The position numbers and the translations under genes are program-made. Below, one piece after another: positions 1 to 7,624 of a stretch of 32,000 nucleotides of DNA; positions within the stretch are counted from its first letter, which is position 1; every line of letters begins with the position of its first letter. Below the pieces are notes generated by a model. It was not told the origin of the DNA. It saw only the letters and a list, made by a program, of their open reading frames with translations, and searched no databases. This DNA comes from an uncultured archaeon (GTDB lineage: Archaea; Iainarchaeota; Iainarchaeia; Iainarchaeales; DATDZZ01): positions 29,383-61,382 of the forward strand of contig CAYJVY010000003.1 in assembly GCA_964373795.1 (NCBI GenBank), written 5' to 3'.

Positions 1-483
1 GCTGCAAAAAAATTTGCTGAAATAATTGGAGCTAAAACACTTATAGGAAGATTTATTCCTGGAACATTCACTAATCCTTCTTCAAAGCAATTTTTTGAGC
101 CAAGAATTATTTTCACTAATGAATCTGATTCAGATTTTCAAGCAATAAAAGAAGCTTCAATGATTAAAATCCCTGTTATTAGCTTGGTTTCAACAAATAA
201 TTCAATTAAAAATGTTGACTTAGTTATTCCAGTTAACAATAAAGGAAGAAAAAGCATTGCATTAGTTTACTGGCTTTTAGCAAGAGAAATGCTTAAATTG
301 AAAGGAGCAATTCAGAAAGACTCTGATTTCACTTATTCAGTTGAAGACTTTGAATACAAGTTAAGTGAAGGGCAAAAAGAAGAAATAGAGCAACAGCAAA
401 TGAGAATGCAAAAAGAAGGCAGAATGAGAAGAGGCAGAAAAGGTTTCACTCCAAGAAGAAGAAATCCAAATAATGATTATTAA
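1..483 (+). CDS. rps2: 30S ribosomal protein uS2 (S2), C-terminal part; 5' end lies outside the window
   Basis: Frame 1 is open from nt 1 (AAKKFAEIIGAKTLIGRFIPGTFTNPSS...IPVISLVSTNNSIKNVDLVIPVNNKGRKSIALVYWLLARE), so the track ORF at 160 starts at an internal Met. RFIPGTFTNP and the xPxNNKGRxS block are typical of archaeal/eukaryotic-type uS2. It ends in a basic R/K tail. Confidence 0.85.
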   Translation, partial: AAKKFAEIIGAKTLIGRFIPGTFTNPSSKQFFEPRIIFTNESDSDFQAIKEASMIKIPVISLVSTNNSIKNVDLVIPVNNKGRKSIALVYWLLAREMLKLKGAIQKDSDFTYSVEDFEYKLSEGQKEEIEQQQMRMQKEGRMRRGRKGFTPRRRNPNNDY

Positions 484-575
484 ATTTTTAAGTAAAATGT
501 TGAAAATACGTTAAATGTTTCCCAAACAAATCCTAATTATAACGTTTTCACTGAAACCAGTAACTTTATAAAGGC

Positions 576-607
576 AAATGCACAGAATATATATATTATT
601 TGCATTT
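576..607. promoter_or_regulatory. Inverted repeat AAATGCA-N18-TGCATTT bracketing an (AT)n TATA-like box upstream of the TrmB-like gene; a second TATA-like TTTATAAA lies at 565-572
   Basis: Read directly: aaatgca (576-582) and tgcattt (601-607) are reverse complements. The spacer contains atatatata. The ATG of the downstream regulator is at 631. Confidence 0.3.
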
Positions 608-630
608 TTTTCAATATTTAGAGTGGGATA

Positions 631-1377
631 ATGGTTTCAAATGTTACAACCTTTTTAGAGCAATTGGGTTTAACTGAGTATGAAGCAAAGGTAATGGATG
701 CATTATTTAAATTAAATGAATCCTTTGCTCCACAGATTAGCAGGAATGCCCAAGTACCTAAAACCAGGGTATACGATGTATTAGACAGATTAGTTGAAAA
801 AAAACTTATAATTGAAATTTATGGAAGACCTAAAAAATATAAAGTAATTCCTCCAGAAAAAGCTTTCACTACTTTAATTGAGGAAAGAAAAAAAGAATTA
901 TTCGAATTAGACGATAAATCTAATCAAGTTTTAAAGGAATTAAATTCTTTAAAAAAACCTGATGCTTTAACTGAAAAAGTAATGAAAGTCAAATCCGAAC
1001 ACGACTTTATTAAAATTTTAAACCAAGAAATCGAACAAGCAAAAGACTCAGTTACAGGATTCACTAAATTAACGGATAAGCATACAGCTTTAAGAGATGC
1101 TTTAAGAGTTGCATCAAATAAAAAGCTTCAAGTAAAATTACTTCATTCAATTGCAGACAAAAACTTGTTAAAAGAATTGACTTCAAATGGAGCTGAAGTT
1201 AAAAGCTTTGAACACGAATTAAATGCTTACATTATTGACGGAAAAAAAGTCATTCTAGCTTTAACTGATTTTGATAAAAACTTGCCTGAATACCATTTTT
1301 CTGTATGGAATAACAGTAAACAAATGGCTGATGTTCTGCAAAACTATTTTGAAAATTGCTGGAAAAAAGGAAAATAA
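631..1377 (+). CDS. TrmB-family transcriptional regulator (N-terminal winged helix plus C-terminal domain)
   Basis: N-terminus LGLTEYEAKVMDALFKLNESFAPQISRNAQVPKTRVYDVLDRLVEKKLI matches the TrmB wHTH pattern (LGLSxxEAxVY..L...G..ta.eIa...gvprsrVYdvL..L..kGlv). Length is 248 aa, with ATG after GAGTGGG. Confidence 0.7.
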   Translation: MVSNVTTFLEQLGLTEYEAKVMDALFKLNESFAPQISRNAQVPKTRVYDVLDRLVEKKLIIEIYGRPKKYKVIPPEKAFTTLIEERKKELFELDDKSNQVLKELNSLKKPDALTEKVMKVKSEHDFIKILNQEIEQAKDSVTGFTKLTDKHTALRDALRVASNKKLQVKLLHSIADKNLLKELTSNGAEVKSFEHELNAYIIDGKKVILALTDFDKNLPEYHFSVWNNSKQMADVLQNYFENCWKKGK

Positions 1378-1386
1378 CTTTTCTTT

Positions 1387-1407
1387 AAGCTTTTTAAAAA
1401 AAAGCTT
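1387..1407 (+). terminator. Perfect palindrome AAGCTTTTT-AAA-AAAAAGCTT (9-bp stem) with an internal T5 run, 10 nt after the TrmB-like stop codon
   Basis: Read directly from the sequence. The position after the stop and the oligo-T are compatible with an archaeal terminator, but the stem is AT-rich and weak. Confidence 0.3.
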
Positions 1408-1531
1408 GCAAAAACGAGCTTGCAAAAACGAGCTTGCAAAAACAAACTGGCAAAACAAACTGGCAAAAAACTGGCAAAAAAAACTAGCAAAAAACGTAGT
1501 AAAAAAATGTTGCAAAAAATGTGGCAAAAAC
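1403..1531. repeat. Degenerate head-to-tail tandem array, about 10 units of 11-14 bp, each ending in G(C/T)AAAAA (AGCTTGCAAAAACG x3, AAACTGGCAAAAC x2, then decaying variants)
   Basis: GCAAAAA-type cores start at 1408, 1422, 1436, 1450, 1463, 1474, 1487, 1499, 1512 and 1524. The first three units are identical. There are no spacers between units. Confidence 0.85.
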
Positions 1532-1560
1532 TTTTTAATGGAAAAAATTTTGTGATTAAA

Positions 1561-1737
1561 ATGTTGAAAATAACTCGTGCACTTCGAAGGTTTATTGACA
1601 GAGTAAAAAATTATCGCCTTATAAGAGAAGATGATGTTTCTGGTAAAAAAGAAAGAATTGGTTTTTTGAGATCTTGGAATATTAGAAAAAATCATCCTGA
1701 TTTGATTAAAGAAGGCCGCAAGCCAAGAAAAAAGTAA
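1561..1737 (+). CDS. Possible small basic protein (58 aa), family unknown
   Basis: ATG at 1561, in frame with track ORF 1420..1737 (MLKITRALRRFIDRVKNYRLIREDDVSGKKERIGFLRSWNIRKNHPDLIKEGRKPRKK). The upstream part of that ORF runs through the A-rich array and is probably not coding. I see no recognisable motif and no clear SD. Confidence 0.25.
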   Translation: MLKITRALRRFIDRVKNYRLIREDDVSGKKERIGFLRSWNIRKNHPDLIKEGRKPRKK

Positions 1738-1817
1738 ATTTTTTTAAACCACGCAGGCAGAGATTGTATACATAATCGCTAATCTTAATATTGTTTTCAT
1801 TATATAATGGATTAAAT

Positions 1818-3506
1818 ATGCCTTTAGAGGAAGACATTTACAGATATGCAGTTAAGAATGCTTTTTTGCATCAAGGAAAGGCAGATATTAATGCAGTTGT
1901 AGCTAAACTAATTGCTTTAGATGCTGAAGTAAAATCTAAAATGAAGGAAGTAATGCCTAAAGTAATTCAAACAGTGAAACAAATTAATTCAATGCAGTTT
2001 CAAGAAATTGAATCAGAGTATAAAAAATTTGAGCAATCATATGAATTAAAACCTAAAGAAAAAAAGGCTGGATTGCCTGAATTGTTTTGGGCTGAAAAAC
2101 AACCAGTTGTTACAAGATATGCGCCTAATCCTAATGGCCCGTTTCATTTAGGTAATGCAAGAGCTGCATTTCTTTCACATGAATATGCTAGAATGTATAA
2201 TGGAAAATTTATTTTACGATTTGAAGACACTGATCCAAAAATAAAAAAATCAATGAAGAATGCAGAAGAATTATTTAGAGAAGATTTAGCTTGGCTTGGA
2301 ATAACTCCTGATGAAGTGTTTTTTCAATCAGATAGATTGGAAGTTTACTATGAATATATTTCAAAACTAATTTTAATGGGAAAAGCTTATGTGTGTTTTT
2401 GTAAATCAGAGGTTTGGAGAAAACTAATTCAACAAAAACAAGCTTGTCCTTGCAGAGAAAAACTTCCTGAAATTCATTTAAATGATTTTCAAAAAATGTT
2501 GGCTCATGAAGTAAAACAAGGCGAAGCAGTTATTAGAATTAAAACTGATTTAGATCATCCAGATCCAAGTGTAAGAGATTATTGGCTTGCAAGAGTAATT
2601 GATTCTCCAAGTCATCCAAGAGTTGGATCAAAATATTTTGTTTGGCCAGCATATAATTTAGCTGCAGCAGTAGACGATCATGAAATGGGTATAACCTTTA
2701 TTTTGCGAGGCCAAGAGCATGCTCAAAACGAAGAAAAGCAGAGATTCATGTACAGGTATTTTGGATGGATTTATCCTCACGCAGTTCATTTTGGAAGAAT
2801 TAAATTAGGAAAAATTGTTTTAAGTACAAGCAAAATAAAAGAAGGAATTGAAAAAGGAGTTTACATTGGTTGGGACGATCCAAGGCTTGGAACAATTAAA
2901 GCCTTTAAAAGAAAAGGCTTTCAACCAGAAGCATTAAAACAAGCTTTAACTGATTTAGGCATTAACACTAACGATGCATCAATTGATTTAAAGAAATTAA
3001 TTGATTTAAATAAAAAATTAATTGATGAAAAAGCCGACAGAGTTACTTTTATTTCTGATCCAGTTAAATTAGATGTACAGTTTTCTCAAGATTTAAGAGT
3101 TGAATTTTCAATGCATCCAGATTTTCCTGAAAGAGGGAAAAGAGTTTACTATTTAAAGAAAGGTTCTCAGTCGTTTTTTGTTTCAAAAACCGATTTAGAT
3201 AAACTAGAATTAGGAGAAACAGCTCGTCTAAGAAATGCCTATAACATTAAATTAACCTCTAAAAACGATTTTAATGCAACAGCGGATTTTATTGGAGCTG
3301 CAACTCTTAAAAAAAATATTTTGTTTTGGTTAGTTGATCCAGTTGAAGTTGAAGTAATGCTTGAAAATGCTGAAAAAATTCGAGGCTTAGTTGAAAAAAT
3401 AATTGAAGAAAAACGTGAAGGAGATTTACTGCAGTTTGAAAGATTTGGATATGTGAGAATTGATTCAAAAAAAGATTTAATTAAGGTTTGGTTTACTCAT
3501 ACTTGA
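1818..3506 (+). CDS. gltX: Glutamyl-tRNA synthetase, archaeal type
   Basis: RYAPNPNGPFHLGNARAAFLSHEYA (HIGH-type motif), RFEDTDP, WPAYNLAAAVDDHEMGITFILRGQEH, and LSTSK (KMSKS-like). The track start at 1791 is TTG. The ATG at 1818 (MPLEEDIYRYAVKNA) fits archaeal GluRS N-termini better. Confidence 0.93.
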   Translation: MPLEEDIYRYAVKNAFLHQGKADINAVVAKLIALDAEVKSKMKEVMPKVIQTVKQINSMQFQEIESEYKKFEQSYELKPKEKKAGLPELFWAEKQPVVTRYAPNPNGPFHLGNARAAFLSHEYARMYNGKFILRFEDTDPKIKKSMKNAEELFREDLAWLGITPDEVFFQSDRLEVYYEYISKLILMGKAYVCFCKSEVWRKLIQQKQACPCREKLPEIHLNDFQKMLAHEVKQGEAVIRIKTDLDHPDPSVRDYWLARVIDSPSHPRVGSKYFVWPAYNLAAAVDDHEMGITFILRGQEHAQNEEKQRFMYRYFGWIYPHAVHFGRIKLGKIVLSTSKIKEGIEKGVYIGWDDPRLGTIKAFKRKGFQPEALKQALTDLGINTNDASIDLKKLIDLNKKLIDEKADRVTFISDPVKLDVQFSQDLRVEFSMHPDFPERGKRVYYLKKGSQSFFVSKTDLDKLELGETARLRNAYNIKLTSKNDFNATADFIGAATLKKNILFWLVDPVEVEVMLENAEKIRGLVEKIIEEKREGDLLQFERFGYVRIDSKKDLIKVWFTHT

Positions 3507-3507
3507 T

Positions 3508-4248
3508 TTATTTTACTTTTAATTTTTTCTTTAATTTTTCAAATTTCTCTTCTAGTCCTGTTTTCTTTTCTTCAGGTTCGAGCTCTTCCAATTCTAATTC
3601 TTTTTCTTCAATTAGTGATTCTTTTTCAAAAGAGATTGGTTTATTGTTTTTTTCTTCTTTTTCTAATCCGTCTTTAATTTTCTTTAATTCATTTAAGGCA
3701 TTTTCTGTTTCATCATTTTTTTCTTTGGGTTTTGACTTAAATTTTTCTCCCAAGCCTTTAAAGAATTCTCCAAACCCGAATTTTTTTTCTTTTTTTTCTT
3801 CTAGCAATTCAACTTCTTGTTTTTCAATTGAAGGAGTTTCAGTTTTTTCTTTAATTAGGGTTTTCGTTCTTGGCTCGTTTAAATGTTCATCTATTTTTTC
3901 TTCATCTAAGATTAAGTCATTTATTGGAAGTTCTTGTAATTGGCTTTTCTCAAATTCTTCTACCCTTTCTTTTTTTTTGGGAAGATTTGAAAAAATGCTT
4001 TCCTTTATTATTGGAGTTCTTGCATTAATTTTTTCTTCTTTTTCTAACGCTTTTCTAAGCATACTGTCTTCTTTCAAATTTTTTTCAGAACTGGTTTCTG
4101 TTTTTAATTGATTTAATACTGCATTAATTGTTTCCTCTTCATATCCCGCGGTTTCAAGTAATTTAATGCATTCTTTATCTGTTGCTCCTTTTTTTTTGTA
4201 TTTTTTTATTTCTTTAATTGCTTCAATTAGTTCTTCTTGGGAAACCAT
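3508..4248 (-). CDS. Hypothetical E/K-rich low-complexity protein with a short helical, possibly UBA-like, N-terminal module
   Basis: 246-aa ORF convergent with gltX (1-nt gap). The N-terminus is MVSQEELIEAIKEIKKYKKKGATDKECIKLLETAGYEEETINAVLNQL. The remainder is about 200 aa of E/K/L-rich, probably disordered or coiled sequence. The + strand ORF 3488..4111 is its S/F-rich antisense shadow. Confidence 0.6.
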   Translation of the reverse strand: MVSQEELIEAIKEIKKYKKKGATDKECIKLLETAGYEEETINAVLNQLKTETSSEKNLKEDSMLRKALEKEEKINARTPIIKESIFSNLPKKKERVEEFEKSQLQELPINDLILDEEKIDEHLNEPRTKTLIKEKTETPSIEKQEVELLEEKKEKKFGFGEFFKGLGEKFKSKPKEKNDETENALNELKKIKDGLEKEEKNNKPISFEKESLIEEKELELEELEPEEKKTGLEEKFEKLKKKLKVK

Positions 4249-4485
4249 TTAAAACCATCCGGCGAGTTTTAAAATTTTCAAACAATGTTTGAAATCCATT
4301 TAGTTCACTTTACTATTTATAGTGTTTTACTTATTAAAATTTAGCTTTTATTCAAATATTGGTTTTTTGATTAACGGAACTGTTTGAAGAAAATATTTAA
4401 GAAGGGCGAATCACTTTTGTCTATGATAAGTTAAGAATGCCTTAAAACGTTAGGTTTAAATAATTCTATTCAATATTTATTTAGC

Positions 4486-5655
4486 ATGAATAAAGCTCAG
4501 TTTTTTGCATTATTTTTTTTGCTTTTATTCTTAACTTCTAGTGCTAGTTCTTTGGTTTTTATTCCTGTAGGAGCTAGAGGACCTCAAGATAAAGGAGTAA
4601 TTACTGAATCGACTCAGGAATTGTTTGACAAAATTAATGAAATAAATAACGGTAAAGACACTATTAATTTATTTTTTGGAGATTTTTTTCCTCCTTTATT
4701 AATGACTGTTTTTGGAAATGAGAGAACAAATTTTTATATTGAAAGAAAAGATAAAAAGATTTGGTTTATTAGTTTAGAGTTAACAGATAAATTTGAATCA
4801 ATTTCTACTTCCAGAACTGAAAAACCTACAATTAATGTTTGTGTAACTGAAGACGCCTTTGATTCAATTCTTTCAGCTGAAAACATTAATGCATCTCTTT
4901 CAGAGGCAATTAAAAGCGGTAAAATGAAGGTTGAAGGATTAACTTTTGCTTCAGCTGTAAAGATTGCAATGCTTAAAGGAATTTCAACAGCTGATTTAAG
5001 TTTAGTTTTCAGTCAAGAATCTTGTGGCCCTAAAGCAGATGTTTTTTTGAATAAAATTGTTCAAGTTGGAACAAATCAATCTGTTTCAGTAATAGATCCT
5101 TCAAGTAAAGAAGGAAGAACAGCAGATGTACTAGTAATTGATCCTGCAAGAGAAGAAGCAGGATTTAAAACTGCTGCTGATGGAAAGCTTTCCATTGAAA
5201 CAAAGGCTTTAGGTTGGCATGCACTTAGAACTTTGGATGGAGAAGTTTTATTGAATCAAGAAAGATATATTGTTGTTGACTTGGGTTTTTTAAATGTGTT
5301 CGGAGCAAGCGGAGTAATACTTGATTCCATTAATACTCTTGAAAGACTTGGAAATAATTTAATTATTTTATTGTTTTTTTTAAGCTTATTTAGTGGATTT
5401 ATTTCTCAAAATAGGTCTTATATTTTCTTTCCGCAACAAGTGTTAAGTTCAAGGCAGGAAAAACTAGTTTTATTTGGAAGGTTTTTTTTAGGAGGAATTG
5501 CATTTGTATTGCCTTGGTTTGTTAACTTGATTTCTCTTGCCAGCATTGGAGTATTTGTAGCCTTAATTGAGGTAATAATTATTTTAATTGCGTTTGTAGT
5601 AATTAAATTGTTTAAAAAAGCTCAAGAATTCAAACCAGTTCATGTTAATCCATAG
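4486..5655 (+). CDS. Secreted, C-terminally membrane-anchored protein with an SCP2-like (sterol/lipid carrier) domain
   Basis: Signal peptide MNKAQFFALFFLLLFLTSSASS. The segment PTINVCVTEDAFDSILSAENINASLSEAIKSGKMKVEGLTFASAVKIAML follows the C-terminal SCP2 pattern (xCxIxMxDxDFxxLMxGKxNxxxAFxxGKLKIxGxMxxAxKL). About three hydrophobic helices sit at the C-terminus (NLIILLFFLSLFSGFI, FFLGGIAFVLPWFVNLI, IGVFVALIEVIIILIAFVVI). Confidence 0.7.
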   Translation: MNKAQFFALFFLLLFLTSSASSLVFIPVGARGPQDKGVITESTQELFDKINEINNGKDTINLFFGDFFPPLLMTVFGNERTNFYIERKDKKIWFISLELTDKFESISTSRTEKPTINVCVTEDAFDSILSAENINASLSEAIKSGKMKVEGLTFASAVKIAMLKGISTADLSLVFSQESCGPKADVFLNKIVQVGTNQSVSVIDPSSKEGRTADVLVIDPAREEAGFKTAADGKLSIETKALGWHALRTLDGEVLLNQERYIVVDLGFLNVFGASGVILDSINTLERLGNNLIILLFFLSLFSGFISQNRSYIFFPQQVLSSRQEKLVLFGRFFLGGIAFVLPWFVNLISLASIGVFVALIEVIIILIAFVVIKLFKKAQEFKPVHVNP

Positions 5656-5665
5656 ATTAACTGTT

Positions 5666-6736
5666 TTATAGAAATAGTTTTTTCATTAATTTAATTAATT
5701 TGCGTGTTTGAAAAACTGTGCCCACATTCATTCTACAATAGTGTTGGTTGGAATTTATTTTTGTAATATCGCGTACAAAAATATTGTTTTTTTCTAAAAC
5801 TTTTATTAACTTTTTTTTAGTTATTGTTTTATGCTTAAAAAGAACAAAGCCTGAATGAGTTGGTATAACTTCGAAATTCATTTTAGGTAGTTCAATATTT
5901 ATTAAATTTATTGCATTGTTAACTTCTTTTACATAGTGCTTTACAAATCTTAAATCTTTTAGAATTGCTTCTCCAGCTATTTGAGCTAGTACGTTAACGC
6001 TTTTAAAGTTGTGAATCTTAGATAGATTTTCTATTATTTTATTGTTTGCAATAATATATCCTAAACGTAGCCCTGCTATAGATAATGCTTTAGAGAATGA
6101 ACGCGTGATAATAATGTTATCAAATTTATTTATTAAATTGGTACAACTTTTTCCATAAAATTCATAATATGCTTCATCTATTAAGAATAAAGAGTTTTTT
6201 TTGGCTTTAGCCAATCTAGTTATTTCTTTGATACTGTAAACACAAATATATGGATTAACTAAGTACACAATTTTTGTTTTAGAATTTATTTTATTGAAAA
6301 TATTTTCTACGTTGTTCTCTGAATTTATTTCATAGGGCATTTCTATTATTTTTGCTCCACGTATTTTTGGCCATATTAAAAAATTTGTATAAGTTGGAAT
6401 TGGAACAAGTACTTGGTTTCCTTCTTCTAAATATGTATTGCATATTAATTCATGTGCTTGATCTGAGCCATTAGTAATTAATATTTCATTAAACTTGACA
6501 TTTGCGTATTTTGCTATTTTTTCTTTCAAGCTTTTTTGAGATGGATCTGCATACCAGTTTACATGTCCTTTATGGCTTAGAAAATGCTTAATAGCTTTAA
6601 TAACTTTTTTTGGGGGAGTTATTGTTGATTCATTCCAATCAAGTTTAAACACATCTTGACTTTTTGACATTTTATCTAAGGAGTGAACAAGTTTGTATGG
6701 AACAATTTTGGCAACAAATTTGTTTACAGAAACCAT
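5666..6736 (-). CDS. PLP-dependent class I/II aminotransferase, HisC-like (histidinol-phosphate aminotransferase / CobD-like family)
   Basis: LDWNESTITPP, ITNGSDQAHELI, DEAYYEF and the PLP-lysine motif RSFSKALSIAGLRLGYIIAN. The usual NPNNPTG box is degenerate (VNPYICVYS). Confidence 0.75.
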   Translation of the reverse strand: MVSVNKFVAKIVPYKLVHSLDKMSKSQDVFKLDWNESTITPPKKVIKAIKHFLSHKGHVNWYADPSQKSLKEKIAKYANVKFNEILITNGSDQAHELICNTYLEEGNQVLVPIPTYTNFLIWPKIRGAKIIEMPYEINSENNVENIFNKINSKTKIVYLVNPYICVYSIKEITRLAKAKKNSLFLIDEAYYEFYGKSCTNLINKFDNIIITRSFSKALSIAGLRLGYIIANNKIIENLSKIHNFKSVNVLAQIAGEAILKDLRFVKHYVKEVNNAINLINIELPKMNFEVIPTHSGFVLFKHKTITKKKLIKVLEKNNIFVRDITKINSNQHYCRMNVGTVFQTRKLIKLMKKLFL

Positions 6737-6954
6737 GAAATACTAATGTTTCAAGACTATTAAAGAATATCTTTTAGTTTTGCAGTTTAAGGTCGTGGAG
6801 CGCGTCTACGAGCAGATAAGGATAGTTGAGGGTTGTCTAATAGTTTTAAAAACCTTTTTTTGATAGAATATTTATAGTTTAAGTAAACGAATTTACTGTC
6901 TTTTTGCGGCTTTTTTTAAAGTTACGCCAATGACATTTTTTTGGAGGTGTAATA

Positions 6955-7320
6955 ATGGCTACACGAACTAAAATGGATGTGCCAAGTGAATTAAAATCAA
7001 GTCAACTAGAAATAGTTGAAAGAGTGAAGAAAACAGGGAAACTCAGAGTAGGAGTAAATGAATGCACTAAAGCTATTGAAAGAGGAATAGCTAAACTGGT
7101 TGTAATTGCTGAAGATGTTTCTCCTCCTGAACTAGTAATGCATTTGCCTTTGCTTTGCAAGGAAAAAAATATTCCTTTTACCTTTGTTTCAACTAGAAAA
7201 GAATTAGGGGAAAAAGCTGGTTTAAAAGTAGGAACTTCTTCTGTTGCATTGCTTGATGAAGGAGATGCAAAAAAAGATTTACTTGAATTAGTTGGAAAAC
7301 TAAGAGAATTACAAAAATAA
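6955..7320 (+). CDS. rpl7ae: 50S ribosomal protein L7Ae (eL8 family, K-turn binding)
   Basis: VGVNECTKAIERGIAKLVVIAEDVSPPELVMHLPLLCKEKNIPFTFVSTRKELGEKAG. GGAGGTG lies 6 nt upstream of the ATG. Confidence 0.95.
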   Translation: MATRTKMDVPSELKSSQLEIVERVKKTGKLRVGVNECTKAIERGIAKLVVIAEDVSPPELVMHLPLLCKEKNIPFTFVSTRKELGEKAGLKVGTSSVALLDEGDAKKDLLELVGKLRELQK

Positions 7321-7393
7321 TTTTTTTAATGGAAGTGTTTTTAAATGATTTCAAACAAGTTTGAAAACTTTAAAATTCCGGGAGGAATTTTAA

Positions 7394-7603
7394 ATGACTG
7401 AAAAAGGAACTCCTGCAGAAGTAGTTGAAATAGTGAAAAGAACTGGAGTAAATGGAGAAATAGTTCAAGTTTTATGCAAGATTTTAGATGGATTTGAAAA
7501 AGGAAGAGTTAAGAGAAGAAATGTTAAAGGAAACGTGAAAAAAGGAGACATTGTTATATTGCTTTCAACTGAAAGAGAAGCAAAAGAAATTAAAGCCAGA
7601 TAA
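7394..7603 (+). CDS. rps28e: 30S ribosomal protein S28e
   Basis: [27 protein letters not shown]...[38 protein letters not shown] upstream. Confidence 0.93.
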   Translation: MTEKGTPAEVVEIVKRTGVNGEIVQVLCKILDGFEKGRVKRRNVKGNVKKGDIVILLSTEREAKEIKAR

Positions 7604-7624
7604 TGAAATGAAAATTATTTAAAG

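Noticed and set aside
1403-1531. Possible CRISPR array or replication-origin ORB cluster
   Set aside because: The units are only 11-14 bp and directly abut with no spacers. No cas, orc1 or cdc6 gene is nearby, and there is no ORB-like dyad or G-string. I treat it as a degenerate tandem repeat.
1261-1695. Track ORFs 1261..1695 (-), 1271..1555 (+) and the 5' part of 1420..1737 (+)
   Set aside because: All three run through the stop-free A/T-rich tandem array and overlap each other and the 3' end of the TrmB-like gene. The predicted peptides are low-complexity (FFASFFCQFF..., KLAKNWQKKLAK...). Only the 1561-1737 portion is kept, as a low-confidence CDS.
3488-4111. 207-aa S/F-rich ORF on the + strand
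   Set aside because: It is the antisense shadow of the E/K-rich gene (GAA/AAG codons read as TTC/CTT). It also overlaps the gltX 3' end, and the sequence is implausible poly-Ser/Phe.
6900-6954. Possible K-turn in the L7Ae 5' leader (autoregulatory site)
   Set aside because: GGC...GCC-AAT-GA superficially resembles a C-stem/3-nt bulge/GA arrangement. However, the partner strand lacks the required GA next to the stem, and only 3 bp can pair, so the sequence does not support it.
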